The position numbers and the translations under genes were made by a program. The notes below the pieces were generated by a model that saw nothing but the letters and a program-made list of their open reading frames with translations, was not told where the DNA came from and made no database searches. This document shows, piece by piece, positions 50,204 to 62,391 of a stretch of 64,000 nucleotides of DNA. Location: positions 1-64,000 of the forward strand of contig KZ538149.1 of the NCBI GenBank assembly GCA_000934665.2. The letters are read 5' to 3'. This DNA comes from Catajapyx aquilonaris (Eukaryota). Position 1 is the stretch's first letter. Every line of letters begins with the position of its first letter.

Positions 50204-53157
50204 AAATACAAGAACAATACGAGGAAAGAAAATAATAAGTTGCAGCCGATCTCCCGCAGAGAAAGCAACATGAAATGAAAACCTTCTCATTTCCACGGCA
50301 CTTCTGATGTGTACTTTTTTCCAGCCGATAATTGTTTCGGAACAAAGGGGGTGAGAGGCTGGTTTTGTCATCCGTCATAATTATCCCCCGCAGCAAAATC
50401 CGGTAGATTCGCTCTACTGTGCTTTTTTTTGTATTGACTGCCCTCTCTCGTCATTTAATTGTTACTCAAGGGTATAACCTGTAAATGAACCGTCCAGATT
50501 TTTTAAACATGGCGACTGAATTCTGCCCCAGTACTTTTTTGGACAGTTTTTATGTAACGTGATTGACGCTAGAGAGTCACCTTTCAGCAGAAATGTGATC
50601 GGTTATTGAGTGTCCCTTTTATGCACTATGAAATAGCCATCCAAAACCCACTATATGCCACACAGCATCATTTGAAATGTTCACAACAGGCTGTTATGGT
50701 CAAATCAGGTCAATTTTCAGCTGTAATGGTGGCATTTCCAGGGATGTTCCATAGTACTTATGGATCCACTGCCATGTCTTTAAGGAATGCAAGTTATTTA
50801 TGAAGTCTTGTAAAGTATCATGATATTAGCATAAAATTGTGCCGTTAATAAGTAACAAATTTTTATCATCTCCACCCTGCCCATCACTTCCCGTAGCTAG
50901 CACGCTACACAGCCTATTCCAAAGCAGGAAATATTCCACATTAAGAACTTATTATAAAACCATGAGCCAACGAAATGGGACTCCTACAACCGGAGGTTGG
51001 AAGAACTCATTCATATGCTATCAAATAAGGAAATAGCAATATAGTTTGTTGTCAGATGGCTTCAGTCTCTCCTATATATTTTAAAACCCCAATTAAATAG
51101 TGCACAATCATAAAGTTCGGAATTTTCAAGCAGTTGTAGCTCGAAATAATGATCCCTCCCAAGACTTTTCATCAATAATACCCGCGTAGCAGCGCAGCTT
51201 CTCCGATATAAGTTTGTTGATTTCGTTCTTTCGAAAGCGGTTTTTCATGCGGGGATGGCAGACTGCAGCTTTATAGCTTCCAAAAAGACTCCGTCCAGTT
51301 TGACGACGCTCCCACTAGCAAAACGTGCAGTTCCAGTATGAGTAAAGAAGAAATTAACCAAGGAAATACATATCCGCGACTGCGACTGCGACCACGACCC
51401 CACTCCACGCCCGAGCGACGCGACGTCGCGGGCATGTGGCCGCCGAGCTGCTGGGGGCCCGGTCGCAGCTCTGTTTGGGGCACGACGTCGTGACAGCCGT
51501 CGCCACGTTTCCATGTCCGAAAAAAATGATGGAGGCTCCACTGGCCTCCACTGAGAGGCGGCCTTATCCCTCAAAGTACAGGCTCGGAAGGCATATTTCC
51601 GTCACAAACCGGCCATCTTCTATGGTCAGGGCCATCTCCATGGACGTTTGTAAAAAGTAAAATAATTTAAGTTTTAATACAAGGCATCGCCCCCGGCCTC
51701 TCGCGGGAGAAGCGGCAGGCAGGATGGCGGCCAAGTTCAACACCCAACCCGGGGATAGGCTGGGTCGGGCTGGGTACGTCAAAATAAATATTTTGGGGCA
51801 TTAATCCGGAATAAAACCAGTTTTGATCATAATATGCTACAGTCACTGCAGAGTTCCATGAACGTTTATAATAAAAGGGGGAGTTGTGCGTAGTTACACA
51901 AACACTACCTAAATACTACATAAAGTGTGCCGGGACTTTGACATAATTATGCCAGTGCATGATGCGAGTTACAGTGGAAGCGGTGGAAGAAATGGGCAGC
52001 ACATTTCTTTCAGGTGGATAAAAATGCGTGCAGTTTATCGCCGGTATATTTGGGATGTGCGGTCAAATATCCAGCACGACGAAGCCGCAAAAATTAGTAT
52101 GGAACTAGCGTAGGTGACAGGATTTTTCGCATATTCGGAGAGGTTGTGCAAAATTGTCGACCAAAAATCAGGAAACTGCAATAAATGCAGCTGAACCGTG
52201 GTACTGTTTTTTCGCATATTGGGGTCGTGTTTTGAATGTCTGGAAATAACACCATATAAATTTTGGTCAGACATTTAAATGACGCCTATTTTGCGTATTT
52301 TCATGTTTTTGCGTCTCCTTTTCAATTGCATGCTACGATTGCTACCACTTAGAAAAGCGTGTATGTATGTGTGTATGAATATTTTGGCTAGAGCATCACA
52401 CATTTCAATCACATCGCCAGAAAATTACCTTCAGAACAACCGTTTGCAATAACTCAATTGCGAAAATCTCCTACTACGTGTGGGGATTTGCGTTCACACT
52501 CGTACACTGCAACCGTCAACTGGAAAAAAAAATCAGTCCAAAGGTTTGATTAGGATAAATTATCAAGTAACCGTGCAAAAATAATTTAGAGCAAATTCGA
52601 CTGCTTATATTCAGAGCTATCGTGAATGAAGAATAGGCTTTCGTATAGGCCTAGCCTTAATCAAAATACGGTTACCGCATTAAAATAATGTCCCTACAAA
52701 AATTCCATAATACTCGTATGTTTGCACAGAGTGGGCAAATTCTCTCGAGTTTGTTAGGCCAGCTGCGGGCTATATGGCCTGGATCAAATATTCGCACTGG
52801 GCGGCCCTAACCCCATCCCACCCCTCCAGTTTGCGTCCCCCCTCCGTCTTCCTTCCTCCAAGGCTGCAGTTCTATTGGCCAAAATGGCCTACACGTGACT
52901 TTTGTCGCCAGCGACCGTGTGTCCGCCGTCGCAGGTATCTGGCTCTAGCAGATCCCAGCGACCGACACCAAATCGGTCGCTGGGCACGGAATCGCGGATA
53001 TGGAATGCACCTTTATTGTTGCGCATGACAAAATAATTATAGGTATATGCCAGTAGATATACAGTATATAGCTCTTCTTAACTGACACGAAATTCTAAGA
53101 TGATTTTCTGGTCAAAGACATGTTATTTGGTAAGGGCGTCTCTAGGAGTCTCTGTAC

Positions 53158-53522
53158 TATGGTGGTCACGAATTCGTCTGCCAAAATGATACGGGTGGTA
53201 GCGGGTGAGCATGGAAGAAGCATGGCATGGATCCGAAAGGCCGAGGCCGGCGAGACGTAGACGTCGACGATGTCCATCCTGACAAGTATGGATACCCCCG
53301 TGCATCCCTGCATCGCTGGTTGCCGGGGTCAGGCAATGGTGTAGGAGTGCGAGCGCCTGGAACCGGCAACCAGCAATGCAGGCATGTTCGGAGGTTTCCA
53401 TACTTGTCAGGATGAACATCGTCGATGTCAAAGGGCGACATCTCCTAGACGTAACGTCGACAGCCTTTCGGGCCCATGCCATACGCACCACCCATTTGGC
53501 AGACGAATTCGTGACCACCCTA
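53158..53522. mobile_element. GC-rich foldback element, superfamily unclear
   Basis: GGTGGTCACGAATTCGTCTGCCAAA and CATCCTGACAAGTATGGA are mirrored; palindromic to the centre; no clear TSD. Confidence 0.8.
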
Positions 53523-54232
53523 TAATATAGGAATGTTTACAATTCGCCCTGTATAACGGATTTGTAAATGACTTAACAATTTCAGTACAGACCGCACTCC
53601 GTATACGGTAGTGTACTGCATATCTAGTTATGAAACATCCTACAGCTGAAATAACACATCCACTAGTACACTGAACAAATTACAATCCAACTCGGACTAG
53701 AAATGTGAAACTAGTCTATTAGAGCTTCTGCTGCACATGGCAGGGATGTGGAGTATTACCCCTAAGAGAACTTTTGATTCGGGGTAATTCCCCGCCACTT
53801 CACCAGACGGAACTACTCTTGAATATGTAGGCTGGGTGTTTCTAAAACCCTACTCAGTTTAACTGAAATCGTTAAAATAAGATTGGCCTACAATATAATG
53901 CAGTCGACGTTCAGGTCTTCAGAGGAAGCTACTGGGGAAAAGAGTCATACGTTTTTGACATAACTTTTCTCAAGTAAGCTTATTATCATTTTTGGTGCAG
54001 TAAAATTCAAGCCTATAACTTACATAATGTATTATTAATTTTTGTCTACAAATAATTGCAGGACTGAACAAATTCCTCCTCTTAAAAGAAATCACGGAGC
54101 CCTGTCAATATTGTTTCTACAAACGCTGTATTAATGTGACAAGAATCAATTTCTGATAATTTTTAAGGAGAGTAGCACATTGCATGTATGCGTGTCATGC
54201 GTCAGATGTTGAAATCTTTCAAGAGACAAATA

Positions 54233-54546
54233 TCTCTATCTCTATAAATAAGGAAGTTTGTGAGTTTGTGAGTTTGTGAGTTTGGATGTTTGTCCCTTAT
54301 AGAAATCCGGAGGAAGGCCCCTACACCGCCTTAAATTAGCATATCGGGAGTTACATTTTTCAAGGAATTTAATGCCGCATGTTTCAGCTTCCGAAAATGA
54401 ACCTAACACCCATAACACGCATATTCCCAATTAACCAATTATCAATTACCTATTTAACAATATTCATAGATTTCCATGGTAATGCCCTCATTACATTGTA
54501 GGCATACCACCATAACATACCCGGGCAACGCCGGGTAACCTGCTAG
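54233..54546 (+). mobile_element. Non-autonomous Helitron family A, short intact copy
   Basis: A|TC 5' end, (GTGAGTTT)n, 3' hairpin TACCCGGGCAACGCCGGGTA, then CTAG|T. Confidence 0.85.
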
Positions 54547-57378
54547 TGTGCATTATTTGTAAACCTTTATTGTCAGAATGATATGAATTGAATCATGTTC
54601 GCGGGACGTAAAGACAAAATGCGCTATCCATAATAAGTGTTTTGATAACCCGGGGAAAATTTCCTTCCTTTCTATGGCACATTTTAAATGAATATGCCCA
54701 TAATAGTCTGCGACCGGCGCTATAACTTATTAGCTATTAAACATCACCTTTTTAAAACCCCGAATGCACCTCTGCCACTTCACCGCATCGTTAACTCACT
54801 TACAAGGCCTAATCGGTCGTCGACTGTCTCTAATGCGCTGGATGTGTTTTGGCTGCGCTACACTGGCAACGAAATTGAGACTTCCATTGAGCTGAAAAGG
54901 AAACTATAACGAAAGAGACACAAACTATACGATATTCAGGAAAATATTCTCTGCTAAGTTGTTGTTGGTGTCTGCTGCATATTCCACGCGCAGCTTCCCG
55001 CTAGTGCATCCTTTGCAAGCAAATTTCATCATCAAATATTAATTACGAACCCTGGCCAAGCAAGTAGCCTATATAGCTCATTGATTTGCAGTACACAGAT
55101 TTTACGCCCATGAAGCGAGGGTTCTCACCATCTCGGTATCCCAAAAAGGGTGTATAATGCGAGAACCCAGTATACCACAATATTGTCATACATGTAAAAT
55201 AAAACTGAAAGTTTCACGCCTGGGCTTTTTCTACGTGTTTTCTTGGATTCTCTTGCGGAATTTTCCTGCTTCTTCCTACTGCCCAAAAATCTATTGCCTG
55301 TTGCTGACACAGTTTGTGCTGGCTTCCTTTCCTGATCCTTTGTTGCTTTCTTTCTCTGGTGTGACAACAAAACGCATGTTCTCAATAAGTCAACAACAAC
55401 ACTTTTTTATAATAATACTTTTAATTAGGAATCTGTTTCAATAACTATTTTTTATTTGAAATATGAGTCAGACATGGGTATTCTTATAATCTTGTAATAC
55501 CCATACATATTGAGTAGGTCGGCGGAAGAGCGTGTGACCTGAGCGGCCACCTGATCATCGAAACTGATGTTTTTGAATTTCCAACACTTGTAATGCTATC
55601 TGCCATGTGATATGGAAATTTATGTTCTTCCTTTTTCCCCCAACAGACACAAAAGTAAACAAGGCTGGTTGTATTTTTTGCACTGCAGTGCAAGATATTC
55701 GTATCCCAAAGAGACGATCAAGCATGGCATCCTAAAGTGACCATTGGGCATAAGTTCTGGGAAAACGTTAAGGGCAAAACTCCATAGACTGGCAGAGACA
55801 AAGTATGCTGCAGCCGTAAAACTTTAACTTGCCCTCCTGAAAAGATGGGTCAGGATGGAACACGCCATTCTTCCGCCGACCCACCAAATTCTCATATGAA
55901 CACCTTCCCCTACATAAATACTACATCATGAGGAGACGCTCCTGGCCATATTAGGTTAAGAGCGATAATTTATTTATATATAAACAAATCATTTAAAATT
56001 TCCAAACAGTCGTAGTATATATTATTATTGGTAGACTATTAATACAATTCAAACCATTGTAAATGAAAATCGCAACTAATCTTGCAGCTGAAAATTTGTT
56101 TCAGTTTCTCAGGTCCCTTGAGAGTAGCTTTTGCTGATATATGCGTTTTGTTACTTCGCATTGCGAACCTTCCTGAGGCAAAGCGCAATGAGCCACTACA
56201 TGGGAGATTAATCATTTGCGGAGAAGAAAGCTTGTGGAACATGCCTGAGTATGCTATTTATCATTAAGAAATACGTAGCCCTCCAGAATGTATACGTGAT
56301 CCTTACAAGCAAAAAAGTAGACTAGTCCAGTGGATTTTTAAACCAAATGCCACCACGTTTCTGTTATATAACAGGCCTATTTAATTGCGGGTGTCTAGAG
56401 GTTAACGATTGCATGATCATGTCGCGTGAACTTGTGTAAACCCATTGCCATGTATTTATTCACCTATTGATATAAGTTAAAAGAGTTTGTAATACACGTT
56501 TTGAAAATTACTACTATCACACTATTATACCGTATAAAAACTGTTTTTTAGTTGTAACTGCAGTTAATAGCGTGCCTTTTTTGCTAAATGCATACAAATA
56601 AACCTTTTAGAGCGCTTGCTACAATGTCCACAAGAAAGTAAATACTGAAAACCTCGTTTACTCATCAGGTTTGCACGATCAATTTCACACAAAAGGGACC
56701 TAGGGTTTATTGAAAGGGAAGAGCAAATGCTTGTTACATGGTCCTAGTCAGAATAAACAATGGTGCCGATATGTGGAGAGAGAAGCTAACGCAGGGCTTT
56801 TGTGGGCTATTTGATTTCAAAGTGACATTAAGTGTGACCACTCCATTTCAAGGCCAGTGGGCTCAATTTTTATATACATATACGAGAGAAAAACACGGCC
56901 TTTCCCCATACTAGATTATGGACCACATGTGTCGCCTCATGTAGTACGTATAATGTGGTAGGGAGGGGGTATCACAATGTGACCACTTCACCTGCAAATA
57001 ATTGCCATTAAAGTATTATTTGGAAAATGCTGTAGTTGACACTCATTTCAATAACACAGCGGCACATATTTCCAGAGTTAACATGTGTGTTCTATTTCAC
57101 TTACACGTGATTTTGCATAAATGCAACTGCTTTGTATTATAGTGTAGCTGTTGATCTCAATGGAAAATGTGTGTCCGCGTCTCTTTCTATCTGGTTCGAC
57201 ATGACTAATAACCTGCTAAAACTACGGGATGCTTCTTAATAAGCCTATAACAGCTCGTAACTTTTAATATCGATAAAACATGAAAACGAAGCAGCCATTG
57301 TCATGACACTATGAGTTTAAGCCTATAAATATCAGTGTGTCATCCCTAAAATAAATAACCGTTGTGCTCCAACTAGAG

Positions 57379-57642
57379 CAGTGGTTCCCAACATTTTCGC
57401 CATGACGCCCCCCTTTTCGTTTTCACCAAACACCCACGCCCCCCCCCCNNNNNNNNNNNNNNNNNNNNNNNNNNNNNNNNNNNNNNNNNNNNNNNNNNNN
57501 NNNNNNNNNNNNNNNNNNNNNNNNNNNNNNNNNNNNNNNNNNNNNNNNNNNNNNNNNNNNNNNNNNNNNNNNNNNNNNNNNNNNNCCTCCCCCCCCCCCC
57601 CCCCTGAAATCCTCTCACGCCCCCCCACGTTGGGAACCACTG
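57379..57642. mobile_element. hAT MITE spanning an assembly gap
   Basis: CAGTGGTTCCCAAC/GTTGGGAACCACTG; perfect TSD AACTAGAG; Ns at 57449-57585. Confidence 0.88.
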
Positions 57643-58265
57643 AACTAGAGAGTCCACTAGAGAGGACAATACATCTCCTGCCTGAAACCGACTTTATATA
57701 CAGTAGGTGTAGCGGAAACTTGTCTACTACGGAATTTTGTGGTCCCGGCAGCGAGAGAGGATAAGTGTTTTTGTCCGATATAGAGGAACATGTCTAACGC
57801 GGAAATGAACAGCAATTTTAGGCCCCTCAGTAAGGTACACCCTGTGTATAGTGGTATTAAGATTACATTAAAGGCCGTTTTACAAGTACAACTTCGACAA
57901 ACCGGCGCGGTGCGGCGCCGCGCCGCGCGCCGGAACGAAAATCGGGGTGAGAGACCGACGGACGCAAAAAATCGTCTTGTCGCTGTCGGGTGAAACGTTG
58001 GCTACTATGGAATCCACGTTCGGTGTTCAAATATCGTATACAGACATAGGGTGTCAATTGAAAGAAATGTTAATGGTCCCTTAAAAAATTCCCCTAGTTA
58101 AGTGATATCCGATAAAGCCGATGATATGTGTTTATTAAAGAAAATGATCTAGAAACTGCTCGATTCCGTTATAAAGGATTCACTGTATTATACTGCTTCA
58201 ATCAGAGACTGGTACGTACGTCGCAATGGGCAATAATGACTTTCAACAATGAAGCTAACAATATA

Positions 58266-58838
58266 CCGTATTACCTCTCAAAAACCGACATACCGGTATA
58301 AAAACGAGGTCGACCAGCATGTCAGTATAACCCGGGGGTGGACGGCATGCCGCAGTAACCGAGGTAGGTTTACGTAATTTTGATCCTTGCCAAATTTTTT
58401 GGCGTGCTTATGGTACCGTACTAAAATAATGTTACAATAAAAATGGGCGAGGGTATACAGGCTGTGAGAATATGCAAGTTCTGTTTCACACTGCATATTT
58501 AAAATGTAGAGTGTGTGACCAATCTCATCGTCAGCCTGCTTTGACAGGGGAACCCCCTGCTCCACCATATTGTTAAATAAGTTATAGATTTAATATTGCC
58601 AGACACTGCAATTGAAAACAATATATGGTACGGGTACCCTATTCGGAAAATGTGCCTTTTCGATGGCCTTTACGTGAATTTCAATTTTCAAGCAAATGTC
58701 AAGTTCGGAACGGATAGTGTAACTTATGTGAAAACCTCGCCTCATACTGGCATGACGGTATAGCCACCAGATCCTGCATTTCTAAAAACTGGTCGACCTC
58801 GACTATACCGGCATGCCGCTTTAGGTGAGGTAATACGA
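58266..58838. mobile_element. TA-flanked CCGTA-type (Tc2/pogo-like) MITE
   Basis: TA|CCGTATTACCTC..CGAGGTCGACCAG mirrored by CTGGTCGACCTCG..GAGGTAATACGA|TA. Confidence 0.65.
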
Positions 58839-59699
58839 TACAAGGCTTGTGATGTCGTTCTAATACCAGTACGAGGTCGTATCATACCTTGTCACCCATC
58901 CTCGACTTCCACAGGAAGCTCCAAAGAACACATTTTCCAACTCCGGCTGACAGAGTCAACCAGGCCAGAGTTGAGTCCGGGTCCAACTCAACTCCTCATT
59001 ACGGGGTTGAACTGCCATTGATTTTGATTTAGAAGAAGGTATTAACCTCTTCCCAACTAGGTGTGAACCCAGACTCTGCTTCCAAAATAAATCATTATGT
59101 ATACGGGCTTCAATGTGACATACGTATCTCTAAACGGAAAAAATCATCGCGGCAGATTACGCCAAACTGTCAAATAGAGATCGGAAACATTCAGAATCCG
59201 AGATTCTTCCTGAATCCGACGCTGGTGGAACCGGCCCTAAGGCGTCTAGTCGCACATACGATGGCAGTACCAAAATGATTCACAATTTATTTTTTTGCCG
59301 AAAATACAGGGCTCATGCAAGCCGGCAAATAGGCACACACTATCGACAGACCCCTCCCGGAGCCGAATGCACAGGAGTCATGGGTGTGGCAACCTCTCCA
59401 GGCCCCCCAGGAACCACCTTTTGGAGGTGCGACGCCCCTACTACCTGACAACTGCTCAGTCAGCAACTATCAACAATGCCCTTAAAATGGAGTCGGCGAA
59501 GGGATTTTTTCATGGATCTTGCATTGAGTGCTTCCACACCCACCATACTCCCTTCTGGCCTGGCCTCCAGTGACTTTGTTAGTTAATTTGTTAGTTTATA
59601 ATACCCCGTGATAGCGCCAGGGCACTCTTAGGGGGTGGGGGCCGGAGGTTCCCAAGGGAGGACACTCTTAAGTAGTCATTTCTGACAATCTTAAATATA

Positions 59700-59878
59700 C
59701 AGTAAAACCCCTGTTGTTGGACACCCCTATATATTGGACACCTCTCTATGTTGGACATTTTTTTCGGAACCGTGGAAAAGCCTATCAATATTAACTCTCT
59801 CTCTCTAAGTTGGACACCCCTCTATGTTGGACATTTTTTTGTGGAACCGTGAGTGTCCAACTTAGAGGGGTTTTACTG
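59700..59878. mobile_element. pogo/Tigger-like MITE
   Basis: TA|CAGTAAAACCCCT...AGGGGTTTTACTG|TA with internal TTGGACA repeats. Confidence 0.88.
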
Positions 59879-59888
59879 TACCATACCT

Positions 59889-60070
59889 TTTCTCTTGGCC
59901 CTTGGCAGAGAAAGGAGTGCAATTCTGCCCGGACATGCCGAGTGAAAAGCAGAAAAAGACCCGCCCAAGCGAAGGTGACTGATGGTGGGTGCCTGACGCG
60001 GACGGGATTTGAACTGCGGACCTCCTGCGTGGCTGGTCAGTAGAATAGCCATTAGACCACCATGCCCCCC
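59889..60070 (-). mobile_element. tRNA-derived SINE (further family)
   Basis: Minus head GGGGGCATGGTGGTCTAATGG (A box) and GTTCAAATCC (B box); 3' boundary approximate. Confidence 0.7.
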
Positions 60071-60201
60071 GCATCCAGTGACTTTCATCTGTTCGAATAT
60101 ATTTAAAAAGTCAATTCGCCGATGACATTTCGAGGACATTGTTGACTGACTGTGAACAGTCTGTTGTCCGGGAGTCTATGCTCCGCACCACCAAAAAGCG
60201 G

Positions 60202-60392
60202 TTCCTGGAGGGCCTGGAGAGGTTGACCAACTGTTCAACTTCTCCAGGCCCTCCAGGAATCCTCGTGGAACCGAACGCACTGGCACCGGCACTGGCACCA
60301 GTGCCAGTGCCGGTGCCATGCCAGTGCGTTCGGCTCCAAGAGGATTCTATGGTTGGTTGGTTGGTTGGTTGGTTGGTTGGTAGGTAGGTAGG
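60202..60392. repeat. Two abutting GC-rich hairpins followed by (TTGG)n(TAGG)n
   Basis: TTCCTGGAGGGCCTGGAGA/TCTCCAGGCCCTCCAGGAA (60202-60259), then GAATCCTC..CCGAACGCACTGGCA/TGCCAGTGCGTTCGG..GAGGATTC (60257-60348). Confidence 0.85.
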
Positions 60393-61547
60393 AAGGGTTA
60401 CCCAGCTTGTATGGCTCTTTCTGAGTCGAGCCTTGGCAGCCGGGGGTAGGAGAGGAAGGCGTGGGATTGCAAGGTAGGGGTGGGTGAGAAGGGTGGGGGA
60501 GAGGAGGGCTGCACCCGGCTGTACTGGAATGCCGGGTCCAACCCAGGGACGGGGTGGGATATTCTCCCAAGCACCCCGTCCGACCAAGCAATGCGAGTCG
60601 GGTCCGAGGACCGCTCGAGGAAGAGAGTACCGTCGCTGGCGAACCAGCCGGATTTGTTTGTATTTTATCTATAATGTGTGCCTATTTTCCGACCTGCATG
60701 GACGCTGTGTCTGTGGCAAAAAATTATTGTAAATCATTTTGGAACGGTCCTCGTATATTTGCCAGCCTGAAAGATGGTGCAGTTGAATGGCCCAGTAAGA
60801 AGACCACGCTTAGAGCCTATGTCAATCAATTTCAAAAAATGGTTCAGGTGCAGAATAAAATTTGTTGAATAAAAACTTAAATTCGAAACGGATACTACAC
60901 ACTCCATGCACGCTGAAGGTCAGCTCATTAAAACGATGCAACTCCATAAACAAGTCGTGTAGGCCTACGTATACTAATAAATTACCTTGGACTTCTGTCC
61001 ATTCAGGTTTCATTAGCACAAAGTTTGTATACAGCTTTTTTTTCATAGCATAGATTATTAATGTTAAATAACGATTTTTACCAAACATTGGTCAGTATAG
61101 CTAACAACTCTTGCGTACAGTACCTGCCATATACCCAGAGCCACTCTGTTAAAGGCAATCTCCCCTCTGCCTATAGGGCATACACTAATTATGCGGGCTT
61201 GCTGTAGACAAAAGTTTCCTTGGACCATTTCGAGTGTCATAATGTATTACATGGACTGGCACTCTGGGGAGCCTTGAAATCAGTGGGCTAGAAACCGCAG
61301 AATATGAATGGGTTGAGAAACTAAGACCTATTTGCCTGCAAGGTAACCCTGCATGCCTTTCGAAACCGCAGTTGGGACCTCCGCTCCGGTAAGGAACAAA
61401 AATCTTGTCTGGTACATGCCCACTGCACTGCATAATGCCTCCCTACTTGCAGTTACATTAATCATTTAAAATCATTCTTGCGTTTGAGGATTGAATAAAA
61501 CCATTTTACAAACGTGCATCTTATGTTGATATTCCGTACCGTATACT

Positions 61548-61831
61548 CTTTTTTTAAAAGTGTACCCCGTCATAGGGCCCGAGGCCCTCTTGGGGGGTGG
61601 AATACCATCATAGGGTGACTGGGAGGGGATGTGCAAAGTGCAAGTGCAATATCGTTGCTTGGTCATTTTGTGAACTCCCCCGGGTGGATTAGTCTAGCGG
61701 AGATTCCACCCGAGACGAAGCCAGAGACGAACCAACTCAGCACGAGATGAAGGGGGGAACCCCGGGCTGGGATCTAACCCTGGACCTTAACATCCGTGGG
61801 CGCATATGTTACCGCAGCGCCACTCCACCCT
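61548..61831 (-). mobile_element. SINE family A variant, B-type tail
   Basis: 12-bp TSD GTACCGTATACT; tRNA-like head; poly-A end. Confidence 0.85.
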
Positions 61832-61863
61832 GTACCGTATACTTAAGTTTAGGACTATTTGTA

Positions 61864-62391
61864 CAGTGTTGGTCATATATCGAGGCAACAACCAGCGACA
61901 TTTTCCGAAGCGGCAGAAGAAGGAATCTTGCTCGCCCGGCTTGTAAGTATGCTTATCTTCGATTCCTTCTTCTGCCGCTTCGGAAAATGTCGCTGGCGGT
62001 TGCCTCGATATATGATAGGGAGGCGGAGTGGTGCTGCGGTAACGTATGCGCCCACGGATGTTAAGGTCCCGGGTTCGATCCCAGCCCGGGGACACCCCCT
62101 TCATCTCGTGCAGAGTTCATTGGGTCACCTCTGGCTTCGTCTCGGGTGGTATTTCCTACAGACTAAACCACCCGGGGGAGTTCACTAAAAATGGCCACAT
62201 AAAGACATTGCACTGCACCTTGCACATCCCCTCCTGTCATCCTGCCCGTGGGCCCGGGCGCTACGTATAAAGGCTCCAAATGTACTTGACATAATAAATA
62301 AAGGTCCGTGCTGCATACCTCAGATGAGGTCAAGCACTACCCCGGATTATTATTATATTATATATATTGCCTCGATATATGACCAACACTG
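61864..62391. mobile_element. TA-flanked hairpin MITE split by a SINE
   Basis: TA|CAGTGTTGGTCATATATCGAGGCAA...TTGCCTCGATATATGACCAACACTG|TA once the SINE is removed. Confidence 0.88.
62018..62366 (+). mobile_element. SINE family A inserted in a hairpin MITE
   Basis: A/B boxes; 16-bp TSD TTGCCTCGATATATGA (62000-62015 and 62367-62382). Confidence 0.92.

Noticed and set aside
56650..56672. Hammerhead ribozyme cores (CTGATGA here on minus; also 17584, 39426, 62823)
   Set aside because: No stem II followed by GAAA with closing helices.
57449..57585. N runs (also 30135-30143, 34361) and ORFs crossing them
   Set aside because: Assembly gaps at poly-G/C homopolymers, not biology.
62018..62095. Functional tRNA genes (also 23880-23950, 30919-30995, 49865-49940)
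   Set aside because: The A/B boxes run into shared SINE bodies with tails and mostly TSDs; no clean acceptor stem.
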